A DNA stretch of 64,000 nt from Octopus sinensis (lineage: Eukaryota), in the NCBI RefSeq assembly GCF_006345805.1, contig NC_043008.1, forward strand, positions 63,984,001-64,048,000, read 5' to 3'. Shown piece after piece: positions 12,714-25,544 of this stretch. A model generated the notes under the pieces. The model ran no database searches. It saw only the letters and a program-made list of their open reading frames with translations, and was not told the origin of the DNA. Each line of letters opens with the position of its first letter. The stretch's first letter is position 1. The position numbers and the translations under genes were made by a program.

Positions 12714-13024
12714 TATGCTTGTGCATCTGTGTTTGTTTCCCCCACTATCGCTTGACAACTGTGTTTCCATTCCGATAACTTAGCAGTTCAGCAAAGTAGA
12801 CCAGTAGAATAAGTACTAGGCTTACAAAGAATAAGTCCTGGGGTTGATTCGTTCGACTAAAGGTGGTGCTCCAGCATGCCCACAGTCAAATGACTGAAAC
12901 AAATAAAAGAATATATTATACATATATTTGAGGTTGCCAAATTTGTTTTGTTGGATAGAACTGGCAAGGTTACTTCATGAGACTGTGCAATTGGAACATA
13001 AAACCAGCTGTTTAGGATCAACTA

Positions 13025-14535
13025 TCAGGTCATTAAGAATGAAATGTCCAATTTTCTTATGCACCAAGTTTGACAGTCATTAACTCTAATGTTTTACCCT
13101 GACAATTCTTTGTTTTACAATATTGATGAGTCACATCATCACTTTTCGAAATGCAATTTATGGTGTCTGATTATATTGTGAGTTTTCTCTCGTAAATCAA
13201 TTTTTGTGAACCCATGGATAGATAAAAAATTTATGTTATTTATGAATATGAGTTCTGTTATAGAACCAATCTATCCCAAACAGCTCGAAACAGCAATGAG
13301 GTGTTTGGTGAAGGTGAGGTAAATGAGCACACTGTATGTTGATGGTCTGAGAAGTTCTGCTCTAGTGACTTTACTCCTGAAAATCAGCCCCATGGTAGAC
13401 CTGAGACTAAGGTGGATAATGATGAGCTGAAAACTGTAGTGAAAGTGGATACATTTCAAACTATGCATGAGTTAGCAGCAAGGTTTGATGTCTCGATTCC
13501 AACTGTATTGGACCTTCTGAAACAAATCAGCAAGCTAAAGAAGCTGGACAAGTGGGTAACACACAAACTGAATGAGTATCAAATGACATGTCATCTTGAA
13601 ACTTGCTGTTCTATACTGTCACAGTATAAAAGCAAACCAATTTAGCTTCGTATTGTTATGTGTGATGAAAAATGGATTCTTTTCAACAATAGCAAACATT
13701 CTGCATGATGGTTGAATAGAGACAAAGTACCAAAACACAGTCAAAAAAAGAATATTAAGTTAAGTTAATTTTTTGGCTCAAAAAGCAAAAAGCAAGGCCA
13801 TGTAGGGGGACATGGAGTTATGTACAGGGAGGGTGTTCATGTAAAGAGTTCAGACCATTTCTGGTCAAGAGAGACTTTGAACCGAGCAGTCGTTGGCATC
13901 TTCACTATCTCGTCCGGCAGCTTATTCCATGGATCCAGAACCCGGATGGAGAAAGCCCCTCTCCTTCGATTGAGATGAAATCATTGCTAGGTAATGGTGT
14001 CCGCTTGGTGGTCCAGTGTTGATGTCATCTACTACAGCTTTGTGAGCCCTGGTAAGTCAATTACAGCAGATGTATACATCAACTTATTGGATCAAATGAT
14101 GAGTGAACATGTTATTAAACAACCGAGATTGGTCAAGAGAGACAGGCCAATTCTCTTGCAAGACAATGCTCGACCACATGTTGCACAAAGAATGCTATTC
14201 AAGTTACTGAACTTGGAAGTACTCTGTCATCCACTATATTCACCAGACTTTGCACCAACTGACTATCAGGTTTTCCAAGCATTAGACATTTTGCAAGGAA
14301 AAAACTTCAAATCTGAAGAAGATGCAAAAACAGCCTTTCATGATTTCATCACCTCTTGCTCTCCAGAATTCTTTGCTGCCAGCATAAAGAAGCTACCGAT
14401 AAAATAGCAAAATTGTATTGATAATTTAGGTGCATACTTTGATAACTGTATTGCTTTTTCTTCTTTTTTTTTTGTTGAGATAAAGTAAAATAAATTTTCA
14501 GTTCAAAATCGGACATTTCACTCTTAACGACCCGA
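13025..14535 (+). mobile_element. Full-length decayed mariner with both TIRs and TA target-site duplication
   Basis: TA|TCAGGTCATTAAGAATGAAATGTCCAATTTT ... AAAATCGGACATTTCACTCTTAACGACCCGA|TA. Catalytic motifs IVMCDEKW, LLQDNARPH and YSPDFAPTDY are present, with stops and frameshifts. Confidence 0.92.
13756..13982 (-). mobile_element. CR1-clade LINE 3' end inserted into the mariner
   Basis: Minus strand reads FHLNRRRGAFSIRVLDPWNKLPDEIVKMPTTARFKVSLDQKWSELFT*, then a short UTR and a (TAACT)n tail. Confidence 0.8.
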
Positions 14536-14722
14536 TATATTTAACCGCACAACTCAGCTATGTAACAGCTTCATTCAAAACCATGCTGCATTCATTTCTA
14601 CATGGGATGAAGCCTCACAATTTGGACTGAGACTATAAAGAATTGTTACAGAATACTGCAAGAAATATATTTGCTATTCTACTGAATTCTCGAATTCACC
14701 ACCGACTTCTTGAGGGAAAATA

Positions 14723-15286
14723 TTGGGTTGTCTGCAAAGTTTGTGCCGATTTATGGTAGCTTACCATTCGACTTATTTTAGAACATGGTTGAGTCCATAA
14801 AATAGGATTTGACTACATCTCCATTTAGAGCATAGTTTAAGCTATCTTTTCATTGAAGAAGGTTTATGTTCCTATAATCTGTGTTAATTCTGTAACCCTT
14901 TAAAATGGAAGATAAGAAGTGCATTTTCGGCACTTGATGCTTTGGGAACCAGACAAAAATTGCTGCAGATTGCTGGGATGTGTTACCCCACCATCCATAT
15001 TCACCAGGTATTGATCCTTCGGATTTCCACTTATTCAGGTTTCTGCAGAATAGTCTTAATGGTAAAAATTTCAATTCCTTGGATGATATAAAAAGATACC
15101 TTGATGAATTCTTTGCCATGAAACCACCTCAATTCTGGAAAGAGGGTATTTTCAAATTAAAGGAAAGATGGAGATGCATTGGGCAACAAAATGGTTCATA
15201 TTTGGTTGATTAAAAATGTAATGGCAAGTATTTATTGACCTTTTCTTTTCCGTTAAAAAGCAGCATGAACTTTCTGCACAACCTAA
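14723..15286 (+). mobile_element. Internally deleted mariner (both TIRs, 564 bp)
   Basis: TA|TTGGGTTGTCTGCAAAGTTTGTGCCGATTT ... AAAAGCAGCATGAACTTTCTGCACAACCTAA|TA. The N-terminus MEDKK.HFRHLMLW is joined to RQKL...HPYSPGIDPSDFHLF. Confidence 0.85.
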
Positions 15287-16107
15287 TAGAAAGGAGAGTG
15301 CACGATGGTTGTATGCTGAGAAGAGGGGTGTACATAAAAATGATAGGAATAGATTTACAGTTACTAAAAGATGGTATTCAAGAGAGTAACAGCATAGCAG
15401 AGTAGGACTAATTATGGGAGGGAGCAAGGGAAGGGATTATTGACAGGGATTACTGAAAATATAGAAGATGGGGGATAGAGTGGAAAGGTTCTAGGGTAAT
15501 TTGGTGAGCTGTCTAGGGTTATTTTCATTATTTGGGGAATATGTATGAAAGATGTGAAAGAAAGGAGACAGGAAGGGAACAATAAACTAAGGAGATGAGG
15601 ATTCCTGAAAGAACCATTGAAGGGAAGAGATGTGTGAGGTTTGTGATTATAGGTCAAGGTCGAAGAGGGAAGATGAGAAGTGTTGAAGAGGTAGAGAGGC
15701 TGTGAGGAAAGGAAAATTAGAAGAAATGTGGCTGAAGGTAAGGGAGCCGTGGGTGTGAGTAATAAGTATAGTGAGGGAATGAGAGACTAGAAGGTACCAC
15801 AGAGATAAGTGGAGTGGGAAGAACAGAATATGAATGCAGAGAAAGGATCTTAGATGGAGAGGCAGTGGAGAGATCCCAAATGATATGGCAATGGAAGGGT
15901 AATAATGTGTGAAAGGAATGAGGGGAAGAGAAAAAGTGGATGAGTGCAATGAATGCAGAGAGGGAAAGGGAAGTTAGAGGACATCCTAGAGAGATGAGAG
16001 CAAGTAGTGGGAGGAGTGTAAGAGGAAGTATTAGGTGGTATCAGGGGTAACCCAGGAGTAAGTGCACTGGTCACTTGCACAACAGAATGTTAATATCAAA
16101 TGAGGTT

Positions 16108-16312
16108 AAGGCAGTGAGCAGGCAGAATCGTTAGCACACCTGGCAAAATGCCTAACAGCATTTTGTCTGAGTTTACGTTCTGAGTTCAAATTCCACTGAG
16201 GTTGAATTTGCATTTCATCCTTCCAGGGGTCGTACCAGTTGAACACTGAAGTCAGTGTAATCAAATTACCCACTCTCCCAAAATTGCTGGCCTTGTACCA
16301 AAATCTGAAACC
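16108..16312 (+). mobile_element. tRNA-derived SINE (family B) with a 16-bp TSD
   Basis: AATATCAAATGAGGTT occurs at 16092-16107 and 16313-16328. A- and B-boxes are in the head. Confidence 0.9.
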
Positions 16313-16389
16313 AATATCAAATGAGGTTGTGGGGAGGTTATGGGTGATAAAGAAATAAGAATTATGGAACAGAGAGATCAACAATTTAA

Positions 16390-17340
16390 ACTGGCATCAA
16401 GTTGAAATAACCATGTTCTTGGATTTTGGCAATGAGAATACTCATTACAATATTGCAATACAAAGAGTTTCTCCTGTTAGATAAAATCTCACAGTGAATT
16501 GTTTGATTTCCATTTTTATAAATGTATTCTTCATTTGTATATTCCACTTTTACACCATTTAGACAAAATGTTGAACCATTCTCTCTTAACAGTAGCATTA
16601 AAACATTAAAGCCCAACAGAATCAATTGTTATGAAGAGAATAACAATTCTGTAAAGAAATTATGTTGTTTTTATCTTGTTAAATGTTCCGTCTTATTAAA
16701 TGTTTCTGTTCATATATTGTTTCCTGAGCAAAAATTCATTCTTCAACTTCCAAAATATGAACATTGTTTATTAAAATCAAAGAAGATTCTTAAAAACTTC
16801 TTGCACATTATATCATGTTTCTGTTTACCTTTCAGTTATTTAATCCTCTTCGTTTCAGATAATCCGTACTCTGGTTGTCCATTACCTTTATATAACAATT
16901 TATTTTCTTGCAATATTTCTTCAACCATCCATTAGTCTTTAAATCATAAACAGCATTAATTTCCTGCTATTTCTATCCATATATCACTTTAGTTCACATA
17001 TCCTGTTACTTCAGAACATTTCAATCAACTTCCTGTTCTTATAATTTTAATTTAAACTATGTATCCATTTTAGCTAAACTTCCCTATAATGATTTCAAAA
17101 TTTCACATTTTTACACAATTTCAATGGCGATACATTTGACAGTTTCATTAGATTTTCCATTTTCTAATCTGTTGCCGTTATTATTTTAATTTGCTCCTAT
17201 TTGAATTGTTATCCACTGTTTTCATATTTGTTCCTTCCCACTTTCTGATTTTTATATGTGCTCCTATCAATATAACTATAGTTAATTTACTCATGAAATT
17301 ATATTCACTGTTTTCTACACTCTCAGCATCTTCAGTATGA
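16390..17340 (-). pseudogene. Highly degenerate coding remnant, possibly a LINE endonuclease/RT junction
   Basis: A-rich minus strand with patches such as IVILIGAH...DNNSN and EYTNEEYIYKNGN...SILIAKIQ that loosely recall APE-LINE motifs. Many stops. Confidence 0.3.
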
Positions 17341-17352
17341 ATATATCTATAA

Positions 17353-17385
<33 letters not shown>

Positions 17386-17393
<8 letters not shown>

Positions 17394-17830
17394 AAGTACC
17401 TTGGATTTCAGAACAACCTGCTGTGCTTGGGGAGACCTATTGAGTCAAGTACAAGAACATCGAAATAAATATCAAATGGAAATAGTAGTTGTGATACCTG
17501 TACCGGTGGCACGGAAAACGCACCATCCGAACGTGGCCGATGCCAGCGCCACCATGACTGGCTTCTGTGCCGGTGGCACATAAAAAGCACCATCCAAATG
17601 TGGCCAATGCCAGTGCCGCCTTGACTGGCTTCTGTGCCAGTGGCACGTAAAAAGCACCCACTACACTCACGGAGTGGTTGGCGTTAGGAAGAGCATCCAG
17701 CTGTAGAAACACTGCCAGATCAGACTGGAGCCTGGTGCAGCCTCCTGGCTTCCCAGACCCCGGTCGAACCGTCCAACCCATGCTAGCACGGAAAACGGAC
17801 GTTAAACGACGATGATGATGATGATGATGA
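17386..17830 (+). mobile_element. RTE LINE 3' UTR with internal ~60-bp tandem subunits and (GAT)n tail
   Basis: Repeated CTGGCTTCTGTGCC(G/A)GTGGCAC(A/G)TAAAAAGCACC units; ends GGACGTTAAACGACGATGATG. Confidence 0.85.
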
Positions 17831-19164
17831 TATATATATATATATATCCATTTGTATATGAATATATGTATATATATATGTTCATATATTTATATATTCA
17901 GCCCCATGTGTGTATTTATTGTTGTAATTTGGGATGGTCATATTTTTTTGCCAAATGAATACATGCACTATATATTTGTTCTTCACTCGCTTATCACTGT
18001 TTATTACTTGTTTATTACTGTTCTTATTCTAACTCTTGTCCATAGTCTGGAAATCTTTCATCACACATCTGTGACCTCTTCAGCAACACTTTTCCTCTTC
18101 ATGTGTGTGTTCTTGTTCCATTTACTCCATTCTTCTCTTCTATGATGTGTATCCTTATGAGCACATCTGTTTGTGTCCATGCTTGTGTGTATGTGTGTGT
18201 GTGCATGCGTATATCTGTGTGTGTGCATGTCATTGTTCTTAGCAGCTGTATGGCTTTCCCTTCAGCCCCATACTCTCCCCCTGCCAATGCTGCTGCTGCT
18301 GCTGTCCCGGGTCCCCAAAATTTGGTACAGTTTTTGTATCTCTCCGTGTTTCTGTGTTCATCAATAGTGTTGTTCATCATGGTAGTTGTTGTTGTAGTTA
18401 TTGCCATCGTTGTCCCATTCTTTGTTTGCTATCTGCAAGTCGTGCATTTCATTGATGTTCGGTTTCAAATGCACATCGAACTTTCTTCCTCTGTCACTGA
18501 TCTGCAAGCCATGTGCATGTTTCATCTTCGTTTTCTGATGCACATCGTGCATTTGGTTGGTGTTCGTTTTGTAACGGTCTTTTTTTATGAGACATTTTTT
18601 TGATAATAAATATCAGTAAGTAATAGTGAAATGAAAGTCGGACGCTATGTTACAGTAATGCAAGGAAAATAGGTATATCACATAGAAGAATAGCTTAATG
18701 CAATGAGAAATGTTTTTGATAAGAAATATCAGTAAGTTGTAGTGAAATGTAAGTACAAATGATGTGTGAATATCAGTAAGTAATAGTGAAATTAATTTAC
18801 AAATGATGAATGGTGTCAGTGTTCTTGCTGAAATTCCAACTCTATATTACAGGAATGCAGGGCAAGGCATTGTGTGGTTGTCTTTTTATTGGCATATCAA
18901 TGATTTTTCGTTTTGCTGTGAATTTGTGTCTGTGTGCATATGGCTTCACTGTCAGATTGTCTCTGCTTACGTGAAAGAAATTTGTGTATTTATATCTGAA
19001 TGGAGAAGTTAGAAAAATAGGTAAAGCTGAAACATGAATGAATATACATATGTGTGTGTGTGTGTGTTTTTAGAGAAAAAAGAAAAGAGAGAGATATTTA
19101 GATTAAAAATAGAGATGCCATTTCTTTAGAGTTCTGCTCTGCTGGTGGAAGTGGACAAAACATC

Positions 19165-19720
19165 CACACTAGGGGCTAAACATAGAAGGGACAAACAAGG
19201 ACAGACAATGGGATTAAGTTGATTACATCTATCCCAGTGCGTAACTGGTACTTATCTAATCGACCACCAAAGGATGAAAGGTAAAGTCAACCTCAGCAGA
19301 ATTTGAACCCAGAACGTAGCAGCAGACGAAATACCGCTAAGCATTTCACCCGGCGTGCTAACGTTTCTGCCAGTTTGCCACCTTTTCTAATGCCAGCCAC
19401 TTCAAGTATGTGCTAGGTACATTTAACATGCCACTGGCACAAGCACTCTTACGTGGCACCAACACGAGTGCTTTTTACATGGTACTGGCACAGGCCTCTC
19501 CCAGCCCAATCCTCTTCACCAGGTGTTGTGGCATTCACACTTCTGCTGTGGAGTATGGGTCTTCTTGAGTACAACAAGTTACTAGATATCTCAATCCTTT
19601 GTCATCTGGACTGAAAGGTCCAGCATTCTGAGAATCGTCTCTCAGTACTTTGTCCCATATTTTCCTAGATCTACCTCTTCCACAAGTTTCATCTTTGAGT
19701 CAATAGCATTTCTTTATGGA
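19165..19720 (-). mobile_element. SINE family B (19165-19384) abutting an RTE C-terminal fragment (19390-19720)
   Basis: The SINE head is on the minus strand. Minus translation DSSIKKCY*LKDETCGRGRSRKIWDKVLRDD matches the RTE C-terminus. Confidence 0.75.
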
Positions 19721-21597
19721 ACTGTCAATTTTATTTTCACCAACTTTTACCTGGTAAATTATTTGCTGAACAAATTTCTTGTAAATTATTTTATGTTTAG
19801 AATTGCAAACTCGATAAATAAAGAAGATACAACATGAGAAAATAGGTTCTTGAACACAAAGAAAACTCCAAAGCATCCATGAAAATTCCAAATATAACAC
19901 TTGTTAATATCAAAATATTTGAGTTAAATTATTTCATTATTACAGCAGCTGAAATGCTCTCATTTAAATTAAAGAATGGATATGAGAAATGAAACCTGAA
20001 GACCTCATCTCAACATAAATAATCATAATGTTCAACCATTTTTCTAAACCGTGTCTTACTCTTAAAAGAGGAAGTCTGAAAGAAATTCTACTCTACCAGT
20101 TGCTGAAATTTGAACTTTTAATTTATTTCCTAAACCCTTGAGGTTACTTTCTCCAAACATATTACAAATGAATGTATATATCTATGAACAGCACCATAGA
20201 TTTAAGAAGAGAATCATATACTGTCATTTGAATAAAAGTATCCACTAAATAGACATATTACTGTTATTCTTAGATTAATTTTATGTGGCTCTTATTTATA
20301 TCATGATATATATCCTTCTTCTTAATACAAGTTTATGTCTATTATTAATAGGATTTTATATATAAATTAATGTTGAACAGTGATATGTTTCAGAGCTATG
20401 CCATATACAGGATATAATAACCCACACTGAATGCAATAGACAAATATACACCATGACTTCATGTACATAAAATAAAGAGGAACCACCAGATTAATTTCAA
20501 TATTGTGTTTAAATTTTGGCGGCAGGAGATTTACATTCTTTTACTCTCTCAGAAAGAATTTATTTCATAAACATCTTATTACAATGAGTTTAATTCTTTC
20601 AGTGTTGTATACTTTTTTAATACTTACCCCACACCCTTTCTTCTTTGTTGTTTTTTTTTTGTATTTAATGAACCTAAGATGTCTTGATTATTTTAATACC
20701 TAAAAAATAAGTAATGCAGTCTACATTTTAATCTCTTTTTTTTAGCTTGAGACAAAGTTATTTAATATTATCCTAATTAACTGACTAGAGGTAAACAATC
20801 TTAATAAAGCTGTCCTACTTAGCTTATACAGAAGCAATATTTATTGCAAGCTATGCCCATTGCTGGCTGTGCAAACCATGGTGAAGAATTCAACTAAACA
20901 ATACCAAATCATAGCTTTTAATTGGTTACAACTCCAACAGTATACATCATTCATTTATTTATTTATATGCATACATCAATATACATCATTTAATTATATA
21001 TACACTAAGTTCAATATACAACAATTTACTGTATATACTCTGCTCATTTACACTTGCTACAATCATAAGTAAACAAACTTTCAATTTTCCAGTTTGGTAG
21101 GTTAAAAATTCAAGAAATGTCTAACATGACATGAGTTGAATATGCCTAGATTCTTTCCTCCAAAAAACTCTACAGAGCTACCTACCAAATAATACAAACA
21201 CTATCATGGTTGCAGTTTTTTCAAAAACAGTTTTATACGCAAGAAAATGACAATATTTGGTTGCTCCAAAACAGGCTGCACAATAAAAACAAAATTAAAC
21301 TGATTGGTTAGACTGTTTTGCATGTATAAAACATTCTTGGCAGCTAGTTTAATTAGTAAATCACTGCTTCAATGATACATTAAACTATAAAATATATCAC
21401 AAGTGTTGATTATGATTTGAACTAGCTATCAAGAATATAATATATATGAAAATCAAGTGATCTGATTTATTAAAGCATTTAATATTATGGGATTATAAGC
21501 AGTGGGTGTATAGAAAATAAAAGAAGGTACCTTGTTACTGATGAAATCCATATACAGGTTAGAAACCGTTCCAGCTAAGCTTTTAGTTTTCTGCCAA

Positions 21598-21827
21598 TTA
21601 ATCCTTTAGTATTCAGATTATTCTGTCAAACGTAATGCTTATTTATCCACATCGTTTTGAATTAATCACACATTATCCCATTTCTTTAAAATTTTGATGA
21701 GGTTACTGTTTATTCTTAGAATGACACAGCAGTGTAGGGTATCAGAGGCTAAATCTAACCAGTTTGATCACAAAACTGGTAGATATTTAGGCTGGATATA
21801 CAGCCAGTTTAAATATCAAAGGTTTAG
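21598..21827. mobile_element. piggyBac-type MITE (TTAA target)
   Basis: TTAA-TCCTTTAG ... CAAAGGT-TTAG; same family as 38796-38993. Confidence 0.7.
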
Positions 21828-22233
21828 TGCATAGTCAGTTGAAGAAATCATTAGATGGAATTTTAAAGTCCTAGTCAATGGGTTTTACAAAAGATTTATA
21901 TATGTTTATTATTAAGTTTGATTTTATATATGTTTCTCATTACCATAATTCTATATGTCTCACAAGTATATTTGTTCACATTATGTTAATGAATCCAAAA
22001 TTCTCTGTGAAAGCCTCACTTCAAATCGCACATGTCTTGAATGGGCTGGAGAATTTCTATTTTGGATGTATTTAGGGTACTTAATTGTGCTCATGACTTA
22101 GTGTTTGCTTCTTCCATGGGTATGAGTAAGTATCTCATTTATTTCTTTGCCTCATTTATCATCGACGAAGGGAGGGTTCTTATGAACTAACCCTGAAATC
22201 GGTCCGATATGGTAATAATGGAATTTTTAAGAA

Positions 22234-23699
22234 ATTAGGGATGATCTGGACATGCTCAAACACCTCCCGAAAACAGTTAACGAGGAGGCACTCCTGGTAT
22301 CCTTTGATATCATCAACCTCTACACCAACATTCCACATGAGTATGGTATAGAGGCAATTGACTTCTGGCTAGAAAAACACCCAGAGACATTCCCTGACCG
22401 CATTAACAAGTCTTTTATTACAGAATCTCTTAAGTTCATTCTGACAAACAATTTTTTTCTCTTCGACGACACACACTACCGTCAAAAATGTGGCATTGCG
22501 ATGGGTACCAAGGCTGCACCAGTCCTTGCGAACCTCATAATGGGTTACTTCAAACTGTCACTCTATGAAATATCAAGCCAGAAATTTGGACATGTTTTCC
22601 ACACCTACCTAATGGAAAACTGGAAAAGGTATTTAGATGATTGTTTCATCATATGGAAAGAACCTTATGAAAAACTCCTGGAATTCAAAACCATACTAAA
22701 CAACATACATCCCAACATCCAATTCACTATGGAATTAAGCAAACATCATCTCCCATTCCTTGATCTCCTAATTATAAAAACACCTAAGAACCAAATCATA
22801 ACAGACATCTACCACAAACCTACAGACTCACAACAATACCTCCTCTTTAGTTCATGCCACCCAAAACACACCAAGACAAATATCCCTTTCAATTTAGCTA
22901 AAAGGGTATGCACCATTGTCTCGGATCCAAAAACACGAGAAATACGCCTTCAAGACCTCAAAAAAACACTATTACAACGTCAATATCCCTCCACCCTTAT
23001 AGAGTATGGAATAAAACGCGCCAAAGAACTAGACAACACTACACTGAAAACCACCCAACCTAACACCACACACAACCTCAAAATACTTCCATACATTTCC
23101 ACCCACAACCCCAAAATATCGAAGCATACACCACAATCATACAAAACCTCAGTCTACTGTCAACAGACCCAAAAATGAAAAACATTATAAATACACACAA
23201 AATCCTCAAATGCAAAAGGCAACACAAATCTTTAAAAAAACTCTTGACAAATGCCAAACTTCACACACCACATCCACCCCCAACAGTAAAAAAATGTGCA
23301 CGCTCAAACTGTGGTACCTGCCCCTTTCTACTTGAAGACTCTGAATTTACCTTCAAACAAGGTACGAAGTTTAAAATCAAGACTAACTTCTCCTGTTCCT
23401 CCGAGAACCTTATCTACATTCTCACATGCGCTGGTTGCCAACATAATTATGTGGGACAAACGAGTCTCCTGTTATGTAAACGAGTAACGGTGCATAAAGA
23501 ACAAATAAATCTCCCGGAATACCGACAAATTCCACTGAGTGACCACTTAGACTCATGTGCTAAAGACTTAAACCCCAAATTCTATATATTCCCCTTCTAC
23601 CAATGTAAAGACGGGATCACCACACAGGAGAGAATTAACAAAGAGAATCTCTTTATTGAAAAATTCCAAACACAACTTAATATGCAAACTCCTCGTTGA
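22234..23699 (+). mobile_element. Penelope-like retroelement (Neptune-like) RT + GIY-YIG endonuclease; 5'-truncated, one frameshift
   Basis: RT motifs LVSFDIINLYTNIP, GIAMGTKAAPVLANL, WKRYLDDCF, LPFLDL, YHKPTDSQQYL. Cys linker CARSNCGTC. GIY-YIG NLIYILTCAGCQHNYVGQT...KRVTVH. A single frameshift near the A-run at ~23113 separates the two ORFs. Confidence 0.95.
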
Positions 23700-24338
23700 T
23701 CAAACTTCCTTTCTCTACCTTACTTTTCATGGATGGACTAACACAAATATATAAAGATACCATGCATTCATCACTTCAAGCTAAAACTTATATTCTTTAA
23801 ATATCATTTTTACTATTGTTGTTATTACTATCATTTTTATTATAAATGATGTGACAATTTGAAATGCAATTGTCTATGCAGATTTATATTATTAGAAAAT
23901 AATGTAAATAAAGTGTTAAAATCTGAAAGTTAAGTTAACAAGCAATTATATAAAAAAGATAATGCAAATGAAGCTAAAATGATAGTTTTATAATTTGGGT
24001 TTTATTGAAGAACTCAAAAGAGTTGTCTCCCCTTACTCACAACACAGGAACTGAAGAACCAGGACCACAATTACTACTACTACTACTTCCTGTCCTGCAA
24101 ACATGCTGAATTTAACAACACAACACAACACATGCTCTTAATCCCTTTGGATCTTAACACCTCAAGGTAATTTTTTCGTAAACAACCATAAAACGCAAGA
24201 TACACAACGAACTCACAATGTATCGGAGAACTTATTTTTTAATTTTTGTACATTTTTATCATTATTCTTTTACAAAAAACAATGCAATTTTCTTTTTTTC
24301 CCCTTTCTAATTTTTAAAAAAACTTCTTAAAACATAAA

Positions 24339-24379
24339 TATTCTTGACAAGTCATACAATGACGAAAACCGGTTGAATA
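24339..24379 (+). ncRNA. Minimal hammerhead motif (U3-A8 variant) downstream of the PLE ORF
   Basis: TATTC-TTGACAA-GTCA-TACAA-TGAC-GAAA(A)CCGGTT-GAATA, overlapping an AATAAA. It carries an extra A and a GUU site, so it is slightly degenerate. Confidence 0.65.
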
Positions 24380-25544
24380 AATATACATTTATATATTTTA
24401 TCATTTTCTCATTTTATTAAAATTTTCTTTCATTTGAGCATTCTGCATTTTTAAAAAAAATTTTTCCTTACTTATCATTTCTCCACGTGCGGTCAACACA
24501 ACCCCACCATTTATTGATCTATATATATTATATATATATATATTATATATATATATATACATATATAGGGGTCTAATGCTCTTAGCTTAGACTTTTTGGG
24601 AGACAACCAGATTGAACCATCTCAAGTGTAACTGTCCAAAATGGTTGTGACTTCTGGTAATTGACTGAAGAAGAAAACCAAGAATGACCCGTCTTTTTGC
24701 TTGTCCCTCTAATTGTTGTTTCTCTTGCCTGCCTTTGTGTCATCTATCTGTCCAAATGCTTTAATGTCCTCTATTGCATTTTTGTTCCATTTATATATAT
24801 ATATATTTATGTATGTATATTATATATGTATTTCTATGTTGTCTTATTTACCTTTCATTGAGGATCATCATGCTTATTATCGTTGATGTGTTTTCATAAT
24901 GTTCAACACGAAATTTCTATACCAGTGTATAATCTGATAATACAGCTTATTACACAACGACTGATTAAGCTACATTTATCAAACGAGATATTAATTTAAT
25001 CTCATGAATAACAAATTGTTGCTTAATTTCAGAGCAAACCATAAAAATAAAAGCAAAAATTTAAAAAATAACAAAATTAAAAATGAACACAAAACAAACA
25101 TGTAATTTTCTACTTCTGCCACTCTAATTGCTTTTCTAACTAGGTTTGTTGTGTTTCCACTTCATAAAAGAACATGTAATGAGAAACAACAGGCAAGAAC
25201 CAATCATTTTGTTTTGGTAATAAAATCTTCAATTCTACTATGACCTGTAGAAAGTGTGCAAGTCTATATTTATTGCAAACGGCAGACTACTAGCCTTTGA
25301 ACCAGGTTTTCCATCATGCCGGTCCAGAGGTAGCAATTTGTACCTAAACAATTATAGACAAAAAGGTAGCACTTTTAAATAGCGAGAAATTCCCCAAAAT
25401 TCCAAATGAAATTTGAAATTGCTTGGTTTTCTATTGATTAGGGAGAAGAAATACATAATTGCATGTGTGCGCATAATATGTATACATTATACACAAATAT
25501 GTATATCTAGCTATATAAATATATACATATATATTTATACAATT

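Noticed and set aside
17401-17700. Regularly repeated ~60-bp units resembling a CRISPR array
   Set aside because: They are tandem subunits of the RTE 3' UTR, with no unique spacers, in a eukaryotic context.
18250-18600. Cys-spaced minus-strand frames suggesting a zinc finger
   Set aside because: Interrupted by stops; better explained by short TGCACATCG/TGCACG repeats.
24000-24030. TTGAAGA-ACTC-AAAA-GAGT hairpin after the PLE ORF
   Set aside because: No GAAA or stem III follows.
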